The position numbers were made by a program, and so were the translations under genes. From the human T2T-CHM13v2.0 reference genome, Homo sapiens, in the NCBI RefSeq assembly GCF_009914755.1, contig NC_060925.1: a stretch of 64,000 bases of DNA. One strand, 5' to 3'. This document shows positions 62,941 to 64,000 of this stretch, piece by piece. Under the pieces are notes generated by a model. That model was not told where the DNA came from. It saw only the letters and a list, made by a program, of their open reading frames with translations, and searched no databases. Position 1 is the first letter of the stretch, and the number at the start of each line of letters is the position of its first letter.

Positions 62941-64000
62941 TGCTTCCTTCCTGTTAGTTCCAGAGGGAGCCTCCAAGAGGAGCCACAGCTCACAGGTGAT
63001 GGCATCTTTTCCTGTCATCTTCTTTTCCTGTATTTAATGATCCACCAGAATTGAAGGTCAGCTGTGGAGCCCTTGTGGTCAGGAGAGAAGCACAATTCCA
63101 AGTCCCTCTGTGGTTTCTGTGAACATTCCACTAAGGCCTTGGCTCTGTGCTGGGTGAGGAGCTGCCCTGTGTCTCTGAGGCTTGGGTAGTGCTATCAGCA
63201 CTGCCCACCCTGAACAGCTGGCTCCTTCCTTTCTCACAGAGATGACTTGTCTTTGTAGATCCAGATCTGAAGACGCAACACAGCCTAAGTTCTCCTTTCA
63301 CTGCTATGGTCAGAACCTGCTTGGTTTGGAATTACAATCCTGCAGGGAGTTTCCTTTCAAGGTCCCATTGGACAGACTCCAAATGCAACCACCCGCTGTA
63401 AAATGCCAGGCTCCCGATGACATTTTCCATCTTCCTCTCCGACTGCATCTTCTGTAAGGGGCATCCAAAATTTGACTCCTTGTCCCTGGTTCTCCACTCC
63501 TCCTACTTTTCCACTGAAACTCCTCTATCATTGATCTGATTTCTGACTCCATTGAATACTTTGAAAAGTCCGCGTCTTGTCTTTCTTAATCAGATAGATG
63601 GGTGCTTTGGGGACTGGTCTTGACCTCCTCCTCTTCCTCAGGCAGTTTTAATTCCTTCTATTCCCTAAAGAGGATATTTTCAGAATGTGTTTTTACGTCT
63701 GTTTTGTGAGTTTGCAAACTTATCCTGTAGTTCTCAGCCTCCACAGGCTCACATGAAGCAAGCAAGCTCTCAGTAGCAACATCTCTCCTTCCTCTGACCT
63801 CATTCTGGAAGTGGGGCCTCTGCAGAAATTTTGGAGAAGGGAAGGGGAAAGCTATGACTGAGCAATGCCAAGGCAGGTACAGGAGCAGCCTCCCCTAGAA
63901 TGAATCAGAATTCTGCTTTTAAGGAGGACTAGATATGTAGTTTACAGAAATCCACCTGCTGCCTCTGACATTTTGTGAGTTCCTCAATAATCTTGCATCT

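Overview
Primate, most likely human, genomic DNA. The window holds the 3' half of PLD5 (catalytically degenerate PLD3/PLD4-family phospholipase D) on the minus strand. There are five coding exons with canonical GT-AG boundaries and a continuous reading frame (46753-46556, 36113-35977, 29921-29753, 22864-22750, 12192-11936), followed by a long 3'UTR with candidate poly(A) signals near 10.5 kb and 5.08 kb. The rest is intronic or intergenic: about 29 Alus, several L1s, LTRs, DNA transposons, MIR/L2 relics and a 5S rRNA pseudogene. Nearly all other ORFs in the track are repeat-derived noise. I see no evidence for a new multi-gene system. Two structures stand out. (1) A ~550-bp patchwork insertion at ~31.9-32.5 kb built from inverted and direct copies of neighbouring DNA, creating 212-bp and 122-bp inverted repeats upstream of a PLD5 exon. 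(2) A TSD-flanked L1PA in the last intron that is 5'-truncated, lacks ~3.2 kb internally, and carries a 35-bp 3' transduction with a second poly(A) tail. Repeat subfamily names are from recall of consensus sequences, and repeat boundaries are approximate.
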